Shown piece by piece: positions 9,541 through 19,000 of a stretch of DNA of 64,000 nucleotides (position 1 is its first letter; the number at the start of each line of letters is the position of its first letter). The translations under genes were made by a program, and so were the position numbers. The stretch comes from Candidatus Omnitrophota bacterium (lineage in GTDB: Bacteria > Omnitrophota > Gorgyraeia > Zapsychrales > Aceulaceae): the NCBI GenBank assembly GCA_028693815.1, contig JAQUUP010000005.1, positions 104-64,103 of the forward strand. Direction: 5' to 3'. The notes below the pieces were generated by a model that saw nothing but the letters and a program-made list of their open reading frames with translations, was not told where the DNA came from and did no database searches.

Positions 9541-10215
9541 ATGACAACATTACGTAAAAATCCTTTAGTTAAAGGGAAGATTTATCATATTTTTAATCGA
9601 AGCATTGCTAAGTTTGTTATTTTTAATGATGAAAAGGAATTTGCGCGCATGCTTGAAACAGTAAAATATTATCAGTCAAAAGACTGCGGGGACAGTTTGT
9701 CACATTTTATAAAAATGAAAGAGTCCGAAGCTGTTAATCGTCAGAATAAAATAAAAATTAAGTTGCTTTCTGATAAGCTTGTCGATATTATAGCTTTTTG
9801 TTTAATGCCAACCCATGTCCATTTTGTTTTAAAGCAGCTTAAAGATGGTGGTATTTCAATTTTTATGAGCAATATCCAAAATAGCTATACTCGATTCTTT
9901 AATCTTAGACATCAGCGAAAAGGTCCACTCTGGGAAGGAAGATTTAAGAGTGTTTTAGTTGAAGATGATGAGCAGCTGCTTCATTTAACGCGATATGTTC
10001 ATCTTAATCCGGTTACAGCCGGCTTGGTCGAAAAGCCAAAGGATTGGTTTGCGTCCTCTTATAAGCAATATTTAAAACAAGGCGTGGCAGATTTCTCAAT
10101 GTGCAACTTTTCTGATATTTTGGATATTGATTCGGGCAGCTATCAAGAATTTGTTAATGACCAAATTTCCTATCAAAGGGATTTGGCAGGAATTAAACAT
10201 TTAGTTTTTGATTAG
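9541..10215 (+). CDS. IS200/IS605-type Y1 (HUH) tyrosine transposase, REP-associated (RAYT-like)
   Basis: 224 aa. It has the HxH motif (MPTHVHFV) and the catalytic-Tyr region (LWEGRF...LLHLTRYVHLNPV) typical of TnpA_REP/IS200 transposases. Family-1 REPs flank it. Confidence 0.8.
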   Translation: MTTLRKNPLVKGKIYHIFNRSIAKFVIFNDEKEFARMLETVKYYQSKDCGDSLSHFIKMKESEAVNRQNKIKIKLLSDKLVDIIAFCLMPTHVHFVLKQLKDGGISIFMSNIQNSYTRFFNLRHQRKGPLWEGRFKSVLVEDDEQLLHLTRYVHLNPVTAGLVEKPKDWFASSYKQYLKQGVADFSMCNFSDILDIDSGSYQEFVNDQISYQRDLAGIKHLVFD

Positions 10216-10219
10216 AAAG

Positions 10220-10251
10220 ATCGAATTCAACCTACGAGGTTAAACGCGGTT
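10220..10251 (+). repeat. REP-like palindromic repeat, family 1, copy 4
   Basis: ATCGAATTCAACCTACGAGGTTAAACGCGGTT. Confidence 0.85.
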
Positions 10252-10268
10252 TAAGTATGGCTTAAAAG

Positions 10269-10300
10269 ACCGAATTCAACCTACGAGGTTAAATGCGGTT
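10269..10300 (+). repeat. REP-like palindromic repeat, family 1, copy 5
   Basis: ACCGAATTCAACCTACGAGGTTAAATGCGGTT. Confidence 0.85.
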
Positions 10301-10325
10301 ATAAGCAAGAAAATGGTAAATAATT

Positions 10326-11465
10326 ATGATCGATAAAAAACGCCTAATTAAGTTGACTCAAGAAGTCTTGCAGATTAATTCTGAAAATCCTCCGGGAAAT
10401 GAGCTTGCCCTTTCAAAATTTATTGAAAAAGATATGCGGTCTTTGGGTCTTAGCGTGAAAACTTATACATTTGCAAAGGCACGTCCAAATGTTGTGGCTA
10501 TTTTAAAAGGAAAAAATCGCAAACTTGCGGCAAAAAGATCTATTTTGATTACGCCGCATTTTGATACTGTGCCTGCTGGCAAGGGATGGAAATTTGGTCC
10601 GTTTTCAGGACAAATTAAAAACGGACGCATTTATGGGCGAGGCGCTTCGGATGACAAAGGAAACTTAGCCTGTGCGATGGAAGCGATGCGTAGCTTGGTT
10701 GAGGATAAAGTTAGTTTTAATTATGATATTATTTTTGCAGCAACAGTTGACGAAGAAACTGGTAGCAAAAAAGGCATTATTCCGCTTATTGAAAAAGGTA
10801 TCATAAAACCAGAAGTGGCGCTCGTGCTTGATTCGGATGAATTTTATTCTATTGTGGCGCAAAAGGGATTGATGCATATGCTTATTCAAGTTTTTGGAAA
10901 GAAAGCACACGGAGCTTATAATTGGCGTGGGATCAATGCCATCGAGATTGCCTCAAAAATTATTCAAGATTTAAAAGCACTAGAGTTTCGCTATAAAAAG
11001 CATGAATTTTTGCGGCCGCCAACGATTAATATTGGGACAATTCAGGGTGGAGATAAGGTGAACATGGTTGCTGATTTTTGTGAATTTTCTTGTGATTTTC
11101 GTTTTTTGCCAGGAATGAAGCATCAAGAAATTCTTAAAGATGTTAAATCTATTGTCTCGCATCATGCAAAAAGATCAAAGATGATTATTGATGATCTTCA
11201 GATGCCGTATGAGATCGATCCAAATCATGACTTAGTTAAGCTTTATAGTCAAAGTTGCAAAAAAATGAAAAGGCCTGCAATTCTAAAAGGGAGCGAAGGC
11301 GCGACGGTAATTACGTTTTTTCAGAAAAAAAAGATTCCTGCGATTGCGACAGGATATGGAAGTACTAAGACCGCCCATTCGACCGATGAATATGCCGAAG
11401 TCAAAAAACTCTACGATGGAGCAAGGGTGTTAGAACAATTTTTAAAGGATTTTGATACGCGATGA
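10326..11465 (+). CDS. M20 family metallopeptidase (ArgE/DapE-like deacylase)
   Basis: 379 aa with a GRGASDDKG motif and His/Asp/Glu metal ligands typical of M20. Confidence 0.8.
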   Translation: MIDKKRLIKLTQEVLQINSENPPGNELALSKFIEKDMRSLGLSVKTYTFAKARPNVVAILKGKNRKLAAKRSILITPHFDTVPAGKGWKFGPFSGQIKNGRIYGRGASDDKGNLACAMEAMRSLVEDKVSFNYDIIFAATVDEETGSKKGIIPLIEKGIIKPEVALVLDSDEFYSIVAQKGLMHMLIQVFGKKAHGAYNWRGINAIEIASKIIQDLKALEFRYKKHEFLRPPTINIGTIQGGDKVNMVADFCEFSCDFRFLPGMKHQEILKDVKSIVSHHAKRSKMIIDDLQMPYEIDPNHDLVKLYSQSCKKMKRPAILKGSEGATVITFFQKKKIPAIATGYGSTKTAHSTDEYAEVKKLYDGARVLEQFLKDFDTR

Positions 11466-12169
11466 AAAAAATAATTATTTTTTTAATTTTATTTGTCATG
11501 TGCGCTGTATCTGCTTTTGCGCAAGCATCAGATTCTTCTTATGATCAATTTAACGGAGAACAGATCACCTATTGGATCAAAAGTTTGGGTGTCAACCAAG
11601 GGGATGCGACGCTTTCGTTTGATGGAACCGCGACGATTAATGGGCAGGAAGTCTATCTTTTGACATTCAAGGCTACAGCGAGGAATTTCTTGGATGTTGA
11701 AAAGATTTATGCTGATAAAAAAGATTTTTATCCGGTTCGTGTTGAACGTGATCTTAATATTTGGGGTTCGAAAGAAAAGATAACAGAATCTTATGATCAG
11801 ACAAAATTTATTGTTACTGTTGAAAAGAGAACAGAAAGCAGTCCTAATCCAGAAAAGACGGTGATTAAAAAAGAAGGAAGGATTGACAACATCTATTGTT
11901 TTATTTATCGATTTCGAAAAAACAAGATTTTTGATATTGGAAATTCGTTTAAAATGAATTTGCCGACAAAGGATGTTTCGATTAAAATAGCAAAGAAAAC
12001 AAATCTTAAAATTGATGGAAAAAGTTACGAGACGTATTATTTGCACACTGTTCCGACACAGTATCAGCTTTGGTTTGACACTTTAGATGATGTGATTCCG
12101 CTTAGGATCGACAAGCCAGCCGTGTTCGGAGGAACATCAATGGTGATGACGGGATATAAGAAAAACTAG
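11462..12169 (+). CDS. secreted hypothetical protein with signal peptide
   Basis: The N-terminus is MKKIIIFLILFVMCAVSAFAQA. The start overlaps the upstream stop. Confidence 0.6.
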   Translation: MKKIIIFLILFVMCAVSAFAQASDSSYDQFNGEQITYWIKSLGVNQGDATLSFDGTATINGQEVYLLTFKATARNFLDVEKIYADKKDFYPVRVERDLNIWGSKEKITESYDQTKFIVTVEKRTESSPNPEKTVIKKEGRIDNIYCFIYRFRKNKIFDIGNSFKMNLPTKDVSIKIAKKTNLKIDGKSYETYYLHTVPTQYQLWFDTLDDVIPLRIDKPAVFGGTSMVMTGYKKN

Positions 12170-12262
12170 AGTTTATAGAGTTTATAGGGTTAGTAGCGTT
12201 TATGGTATTAACGCAACAAACCCAACAAACCCAACAAACTAACAAATACAACAAACTTGTTT
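12170..12262. repeat. short tandem repeats (AGTTTATAG x2; AACAAAC-type x5)
   Basis: Direct repeats visible in caacaaacccaacaaacccaacaaactaacaaatacaacaaact. Confidence 0.7.
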
Positions 12263-12266
12263 TATT

Positions 12267-13445
12267 ATGATACAACCTAATAAAAGCGGACATTTTGAGG
12301 AGTTTGGAGGACGCTTTGTTCCTGAGACGTTAATGTCGTTAGTTGTGGATTTAGAAAAGACATTGAATGCTCTTCGAAAAGATAAGAAATTCAAGAAAGA
12401 ATTTGATTTTTATCTTACGAATTATGCAGGCCGGCCAACCAATTTATATTTTGCTTCTCGCTTAAGCGAAAAACTAAAACCATTAAAAGTTTATCTGAAG
12501 CGTGAAGATCTTCTTCATACGGGCGCTCATAAAATAAACAACACTCTTGGGCAGATCTTAGTCGCACGGTCTATGAAAAAAACGCGCATTATTGCCGAGA
12601 CCGGAGCCGGTCAGCATGGAGTGGCTACGGCGACAGCTGCGGCCCTTTTTGGTTTGAAGTGTGATGTGTATATGGGCGCAAAAGATGTTGAGCGTCAGGC
12701 CTTAAACGTTTTTCGAATGAAACTTTTAGGAGCAAATGTTATTCCAGTAACAAGCGGAACGCAAACTCTTAAAGATGCGATGAATGAAGCTATTCGTGAT
12801 TGGGTGACGAATGTTGAAAATACTTTTTATATTATCGGTTCTGTGGCAGGGCCTCATCCGTATCCTACGATGGTGCGTGAATTTCAGAAAATTATTGGTG
12901 TTGAGGCACGTAAGCAATTTTTGGCTAAAGAGAAAAAACTTCCTGATTATTTGCTTGCTTGTGTTGGCGGTGGCTCTAATGCGATGGGACTTTTTTATCC
13001 ATTCTTTGATGATCAAAAAGTGAAGATGATTGGTGTTGAGGCAGCAGGTTTGGGGCTAAATACTGATAAGCATTCTGCTGCTGTTATCAAAGGGGAGATC
13101 GGGGTTTTGCATGGAAGTAAAAGCAAGCTTTTGCAAACGCCTGACGGACAAATTCGAGAAGTTCACTCGATTGCCGCTGGCCTTGATTATCCTGGCGTTG
13201 GCCCTGAGCATGCTTATTATAAGAAAATAGGACGTGCTGAGTATGTTGGTGTTGATGATAAGCAAGCAATTAAGGGATTGAAATTACTTTGTGAAACAGA
13301 GGGTATTATTCCAGCGCTTGAAAGCGCACATGCCATTGGATATTTAGAAAAATTAGCCAAGAAGGTCAAACGTAAGTCAAGTGTGGTTGTTTGTTTGTCT
13401 GGGCGTGGGGATAAGGACGTACACGAGCTCAAGGGAATTATTTGA
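12267..13445 (+). CDS. trpB: tryptophan synthase beta chain
   Basis: 392 aa with the [12 protein letters not shown]-lysine motif and a GGGSNAMG motif. Confidence 0.9.
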   Translation: MIQPNKSGHFEEFGGRFVPETLMSLVVDLEKTLNALRKDKKFKKEFDFYLTNYAGRPTNLYFASRLSEKLKPLKVYLKREDLLHTGAHKINNTLGQILVARSMKKTRIIAETGAGQHGVATATAAALFGLKCDVYMGAKDVERQALNVFRMKLLGANVIPVTSGTQTLKDAMNEAIRDWVTNVENTFYIIGSVAGPHPYPTMVREFQKIIGVEARKQFLAKEKKLPDYLLACVGGGSNAMGLFYPFFDDQKVKMIGVEAAGLGLNTDKHSAAVIKGEIGVLHGSKSKLLQTPDGQIREVHSIAAGLDYPGVGPEHAYYKKIGRAEYVGVDDKQAIKGLKLLCETEGIIPALESAHAIGYLEKLAKKVKRKSSVVVCLSGRGDKDVHELKGII

Positions 13446-13447
13446 AG

Positions 13448-13540
13448 AAACCCCACGTCGCTGAGAATCGCCCCTGGGGTAATAGTCAAGAATCAAGACA
13501 ATTGAAACCCCGATGCCCTTCGGGCACGGGGTAAATTCGC
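13448..13540 (+). repeat. double-hairpin dispersed repeat, family 2, copy A
   Basis: CCCCA..TGGGG hairpin, then TAATAGTCAAGAATCAAGACAATTGAAA, then CCCCGATGCCC-ttcg-GGGCACGGGG, then TAAATTCG. This architecture recurs at 30139, 56795 and 43462. Confidence 0.8.
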
Positions 13541-13542
13541 GC

Positions 13543-13590
13543 TAGATGACTTGACGCTCCTTTTAGTCGCGCAAGTCATGCGCTCATTTA
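13543..13590 (+). other. imperfect hairpin (GATGACTTGaCGC...GCGCAAGTCATGC)
   Basis: An 11-bp stem with one bulged base and an 11-nt loop. Confidence 0.5.
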
Positions 13591-13664
13591 AAGATGTTCA
13601 TGAGTTGAGGGAAATAATTTGAGAAAATTAATGTCGCTAAAAGATGTTTCTAGGGATTGTGAAA

Positions 13665-13697
13665 AACCGCGTTTAACCCCGCGGGTTAAACGCGGTT
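13665..13697. repeat. perfect 33-nt palindrome AACCGCGTTTAACC-ccgcg-GGTTAAACGCGGTT
   Basis: It is self-complementary and shares the AACGCGGTT tail with the family-1 REPs. Confidence 0.8.
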
Positions 13698-13728
13698 ACT
13701 AGCGCTTATGTAAAATTGGAGCTCACTT

Positions 13729-14523
13729 ATGAATCGTATTGATCAAAAATTTAAAAGTTTAAGTAAGCAGAAGAAAAAAGCGTTTATTGCTTTTATTACG
13801 GCAGGAGATCCAAACTTAAAAACAACCGAAGAGTTGGTGTTGGCTTTTGAAAAATCTGGAGTTGATATCGTTGAGCTTGGGGTGCCGTTTTCTGATCCTT
13901 TGGCAGATGGGCCAACCATTCAAGAAGCTTCTTATCGGGCGCTTAAAAATAAGGTCAGCATTATAAAAATTCTTGATTCGGTTAAAAGGATTCGAAAAGT
14001 TTCTGAGATTCCAATTTGTTTAATGACGTATTATAATCCTGTATTTCATTTTGGGGATACAAAATTTGTCGCGCAGGCAAAAGCGGCAGGTGTTGATGGT
14101 GTTATTATTCCTGATCTTCCGCCGGAGGAGGCCTCTGAATTGATTCAAGAGGCGCGAAAAAAGGATTTTTCAACAATCTTCTTTTTATCACCAACAACAA
14201 AAAAAGAGCGTATCAGCATTATCGAAAAAGCTTCGAGTGGGTTTATTTATTATGTTTCGATCGCAGGGGTGACTGGCGCACGCAAGGCTTTGCCTAAGAA
14301 TTTAAAAGAAAATTTAAAGAAAATAAAGCGTTCAATCAAAAAGCCACTATGCGTTGGGTTTGGCATTTCTAACGCACAACAAGCAAAAGAAATTTCAAAG
14401 TGCTGTGATGGTGTTATTGTCGGAAGCGCGATCATCAAAGAGATTATAAAGAATAAGGGCAAAAAGAATTTAGTTTCAAATGTTACCCGTTTTGTGAGTA
14501 GCCTTTCTGCAGCTATTAAATAG
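13729..14523 (+). CDS. trpA: tryptophan synthase alpha chain
   Basis: 264 aa with an IVELGVPFSDPLADGPTIQ motif. Confidence 0.9.
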   Translation: MNRIDQKFKSLSKQKKKAFIAFITAGDPNLKTTEELVLAFEKSGVDIVELGVPFSDPLADGPTIQEASYRALKNKVSIIKILDSVKRIRKVSEIPICLMTYYNPVFHFGDTKFVAQAKAAGVDGVIIPDLPPEEASELIQEARKKDFSTIFFLSPTTKKERISIIEKASSGFIYYVSIAGVTGARKALPKNLKENLKKIKRSIKKPLCVGFGISNAQQAKEISKCCDGVIVGSAIIKEIIKNKGKKNLVSNVTRFVSSLSAAIK

Positions 14524-14575
14524 TATTCGATAGCGTAAAAAAATCATTGAACAAATCAATAAAGGATTAATTAAA

Positions 14576-15844
14576 ATGTATAAACGAACAGATTTAAAGA
14601 ATAAGTTGAGAGTGATCACACACGAGATGAAAGATCGAAATAGTGTTACTATCGGTCTTTGGGCAGGGGTTGGTGGTCGCTATGAGCACGACGAGAACAA
14701 AGGGGCAGCACATTTTTTAGAACACATTCTTTTTAAGGGAACAAAGAATTATCGATGCGAAGCCATTAAAGAAGAGATTGAAGGCATTGGCGGAAGCCTC
14801 AATGCGTTTACTTCTGAGGAATGCACATGTTATTTTGCTAAAGTTCCATCTAAAAATGCTGTTAAGACGTTTGATGTTTTATCAGATATGATGATTCAGC
14901 CTTTGATTCAAAAAAAGGATGTTGACAAAGAACGCGGTGTTATCTTAGAAGAAATTAAAATGTATCATGATCTTCCTCAGCATTTGGTTCAAGATCTTTT
15001 AGATGCGCTTCTTTGGCCAGGTCATCCATTGGGACAAAATATTGCAGGAAGTCTTAAATCTGTGGGGGCGATGAGTTATCAGGATTTAAGGGATTTTCAC
15101 AAGAATTATTATATTTCATCAAATATTGTTGTCTCTGTGTGTGGCGATATGACGCATAGCAAGGTTCTTAAGTTAGTTGAAAAGAAGTTTGAAGGCGTAA
15201 TTCGAAGTGGAAATATCTTGTGTCAGAAGGTAAAAAAAACAGAGACAGGGCCAAAGGTAAAGTTTTTTAAAAAAGATATTGAGCAGATGCATCTTGCGCT
15301 TGGTGTTTTAGGCTTTGAGCGTGAGCATAAGGATCGATATGCTCTGGGTGTTTTGAATGTGATTTTAGGTGGCAATATGTCGAGTCGTCTTTTTAATGAA
15401 GTGCGTGAAAAAAGAGGGCTTGCATATTCAATTTCTTCTGGAGCTAAGTTCTTAAAAGATACGGGTGCCTTTATTGTGCGTGGTGGTGTTCACAACGAAA
15501 AGATTGTTGATGCTGTGGATGTTATCTTAAGGGAATTGAAAAAAATTAGTTTAAAAAAAATTGGTACTAGCGAGTTTAAGCGGGCGAAAGATTATCTTTT
15601 AGGCCAAACTCTTTTGAGCCTTGAAGATACAGCCGAACATATGTTCTGGTTAGGAGAATCTATTGTTTCAACAAATAAGGTTGAGACTTTGGAAGGTGCG
15701 ATTAAAAGAGTAAAAAGCGTTACCATGGAAGATGTGCAAAGAGTCGCAAAGACTCTTTTTAAGAAAAATCGCATGAATTTGGCTATTGTTGGGCCGATCA
15801 GAAAAGATCAAGAGCAAAAAATTCAGTCTTTGCTTGGAATCTAA
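14576..15844 (+). CDS. M16 family zinc peptidase (insulinase-like)
   Basis: 422 aa with an HFLEHILFKGT inverted zinc-binding motif (HxxEH). Confidence 0.85.
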   Translation: MYKRTDLKNKLRVITHEMKDRNSVTIGLWAGVGGRYEHDENKGAAHFLEHILFKGTKNYRCEAIKEEIEGIGGSLNAFTSEECTCYFAKVPSKNAVKTFDVLSDMMIQPLIQKKDVDKERGVILEEIKMYHDLPQHLVQDLLDALLWPGHPLGQNIAGSLKSVGAMSYQDLRDFHKNYYISSNIVVSVCGDMTHSKVLKLVEKKFEGVIRSGNILCQKVKKTETGPKVKFFKKDIEQMHLALGVLGFEREHKDRYALGVLNVILGGNMSSRLFNEVREKRGLAYSISSGAKFLKDTGAFIVRGGVHNEKIVDAVDVILRELKKISLKKIGTSEFKRAKDYLLGQTLLSLEDTAEHMFWLGESIVSTNKVETLEGAIKRVKSVTMEDVQRVAKTLFKKNRMNLAIVGPIRKDQEQKIQSLLGI

Positions 15845-15963
15845 ATCTTTAGACTTTTTAAAGTGTTTTTTTCCTAAAAATGTTGACTAATCCATAAGTT
15901 ATCCATCTGCAATGACTTACATCTCAAGGAAAACTCTCAAAAAGTAGTTTTTTTTGATTCATA

Positions 15964-15972
15964 TGCTATACT
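15964..15972 (+). promoter_or_regulatory. extended -10 element TGCTATACT upstream of giant2
   Basis: It matches the ATGCTATAYT motif at 4777 and 5113, with TTGATT just upstream. Confidence 0.35.
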
Positions 15973-16016
15973 CTATCCAAGTTAATACGAAAATCTCATA
16001 AATTTAATATTTACAA

Positions 16017-19000
16017 ATGGTTCAGAAAATTAAATCAAAAAGACTAAGATCCTTTTTTAGGGGCGCGTCTATTTTCGTGCTTGTGTGCTTTGTGCAGACT
16101 TGCATTGTGCCTTTTGGCATTCCGCAGGCTCATGCGCAAGGGCTTTTGAGTCTTCCTGTGCCTGGCGCTAGTGTGTCTTTGACGCCTGCATTTTCTCCTG
16201 CTACTTTGATTGGTCTAAAAATTCATCCTGAAAATCCATTAAGAGTTGATTTTGTGGTAGATAGCGGAGATTTTGGGCTTTCCAATCAAGCATTTAAGAG
16301 CGAGACCGAAAAATTGATTAAGTATTTCTTGGCAGCACTCACAATTCCAGAAAAAGATCTCTGGGTCAATCTTTCTCCCTATGAGGAAAATCGAATCGTT
16401 GCAGACAATTTTGCTCAGACAGAAATGGGCAGAGACTTGCTTGCCCAGGATTATATCTTAAAGCAGATTACGGCGTCATTGATTTATCCAGACGACGAAC
16501 TTGGAAAAGAGTTTTGGAAACGCATCTATCAAAAGGCTTATGAAGAGTATGGAACAGCGAATATCCCTGTTGATGCGTTTAATAAGGTATGGATTGTGCC
16601 CAAAAAGGCTGTTGTTTATGAAAATGGGGATAGGGTTTTTGTGGCGGAATCGTCTCTATCCGTTATGGTGGAGCAAGACTATTTAGCCATGACAAAGCAT
16701 AGTCAAGGTAGCTCCGACGTTTCAGTCGGAGTCCCGACATCCGACGTTGGTTATAAATCAGGTAAGGAAGTCGGATCGTCGGGAAAGGTGATGCTGGAAA
16801 CGGACTATGTTGCTTTGCAAGCAAAGCAACAAGTATCTAGTGAAGAGCATCTAGTATATGGTGATAATCAGCAACCAAATACCATATCCCAAATACCAAA
16901 TACGGATAATAAATTAGCTTCCGACATTGTCCGCGAAATCATCATTCCTGCCCTTGAAAAGGAAGTCAATCAGGGCAAAAACTTTGCCCAGTTACGTCAA
17001 ATCTATAATGCCGTTATTTTAGCCGCATGGTTTAAAACAAATCTAAAAAATGCTTTGCTCAACGAAGTTTATTCTGATCAATCAAAAGTTTCAGGTGTTG
17101 ACGTTGAAGACAAAAAGATTACGGATAAAATTTATCAAAGATATCTAGAGGCTTTCAAAAAAGGTGTATGTAATTTTGTCAAAGTCGAATACGACGAGAA
17201 TGAGCATAAAAATGTTCCGAGAAAATATTTCTCAGGGGGAACGGACTTGGCTCTTTCTTCTAGCGGAATTTTAGAGAAGACGAATCAATCGTCTTCGGTC
17301 ATTCCAAGCGGGAAGTGTGCTCTTGTTGAGCAGAATTTTAGTGTTTTTTCTTCTACTGTTGTTGAGAAAATTAAGATTAAAGAGGAAGAGCCGTTTTCTG
17401 ATATTTTAAAGGATGTATCTGATAATGAGCTTTTTATTTTAAAAGATATTCTTCGTAATCTTAATGTTCATTTTGCAGAAAGTGAATCAGATTTGATTAA
17501 CGTTGAAAAGTTTTCTTTTAAAAATATTATTCTTAAGCTTAAGAAAATTCTGGATAAACATGGTGATGAAAAGAATAAACTAGATCTCCAAGATCCTAGA
17601 TCTGAAGCATTGATTGGAAGCATTAAGCTTCAGGATGATGGCATTATTTCTATTGTGCACCCGATGTTTACAACTAGTGGTGTTCATGTTGAAAATTATC
17701 CTATTGTTGTTTTTGCACAAAATATAGCCGCTGCAAATTATGAGCAAGTACGGATTCGTCATTGGATCAATTTTTTTAGAGAGCACGATAAGAATTTAGA
17801 TATAGCTATTAAAGATGGAAGATTTGGTACAATAATAAAATTTTGGATTGAAGGCAGCGATGCTCTTGGTTTAAAGAGGCCAAAAGTTGTTGCCAAGCGA
17901 AAAGAAGCATATCGAGCAAAGGTATTAGAATTTAAACAGATAGGGGCCTCTGGCAGAAATGGTTCGGGATCAAAGAATTTTAATGCTTTTCAGAGTAATG
18001 GAAAGCGGGATATCGATTTTGAGTACGATGATGAATTTGTTGTTAACTCTATTTTAGACATTTCTCCACAAGAACTTGGCAAAGTTTCTCGTGAACAATT
18101 GATTCAAAAGCTTGCTTCTTTAATGGCTATGTTAGCGGGAAAAGGTAGTCAGGAGATGGAGCTTTCAACATCAAAGGACAAAGAGCCTTTGTGGCTAGAT
18201 TTTCGAACGGAATCAGCTATTGAGAGGAATTTTTCATCATTTGAACTTTTTCTTGAAGAAGTTTTTGGGCAGGAAGGAGACAAGGAAAAGATTTCTCCTT
18301 ACAAAGCTTACTTTTTTTCAAAAGGACATAGAAAAAATGGTTCTAATGGTAAAAGTTTCTTTACTCCTCGAAAAATTGTTTTAACAATTGATAGAAAGCT
18401 CTTAAAGAATTTTATTATGAAATATAAAGAAAAACATGCTGGAGAAGGTAACGAGTCTGACCGCGTCTATATAGATGAAGATAATTTGAGAAAATATTAT
18501 ATTCTTTCGCTCTGGCTTGATCGAATGATTGAGCTTTTTGAGAAAGAAAGAGTTGTTGAGCGTTATGGTCGTATTGTTGTTGATAAAGAAAAGTTTGTTG
18601 GCGGTCGAGCTTATTCGGAAGACTTTAAATCTTTTGTTGAATTAAAGTCTGAAAAGAATATTTTTATTAATCTGGATGGAACAATTGCTGTTTATGATAG
18701 AGAAAGCGATCAGAAAGGTTATCGTTTTTATGATGATGCCGATAAGCTTTATGATGAGCTTAAAACTTTAAAGGACAATGGATTTAATATTATTCTTTGG
18801 AGTTCAAATTATGAGTGGTTTATTCGTCATAATTTTGTTCGAGAGTCTAGACATAAAAAATGGATAGACCTCTTTAGTTTTATAATCACTCAGGAAAATT
18901 ATCGTGCACCAACAGATGTGGAGCTATCTGAAACTTATTTATCAGAAGAGTTTGCGGATGCTAAAAAACTTTATGGAATTTTTGACTCTTTTAAGGATGT

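Noticed and set aside
8899-10300. A possible CRISPR array, given several near-identical roughly 33-nt repeats in the same orientation
   Set aside because: The repeat units are strongly palindromic. Spacing is irregular (173, 414, 734 and 49 nt). The spacers contain whole genes including a transposase. No cas genes are present. This is REP/RAYT-type organisation.
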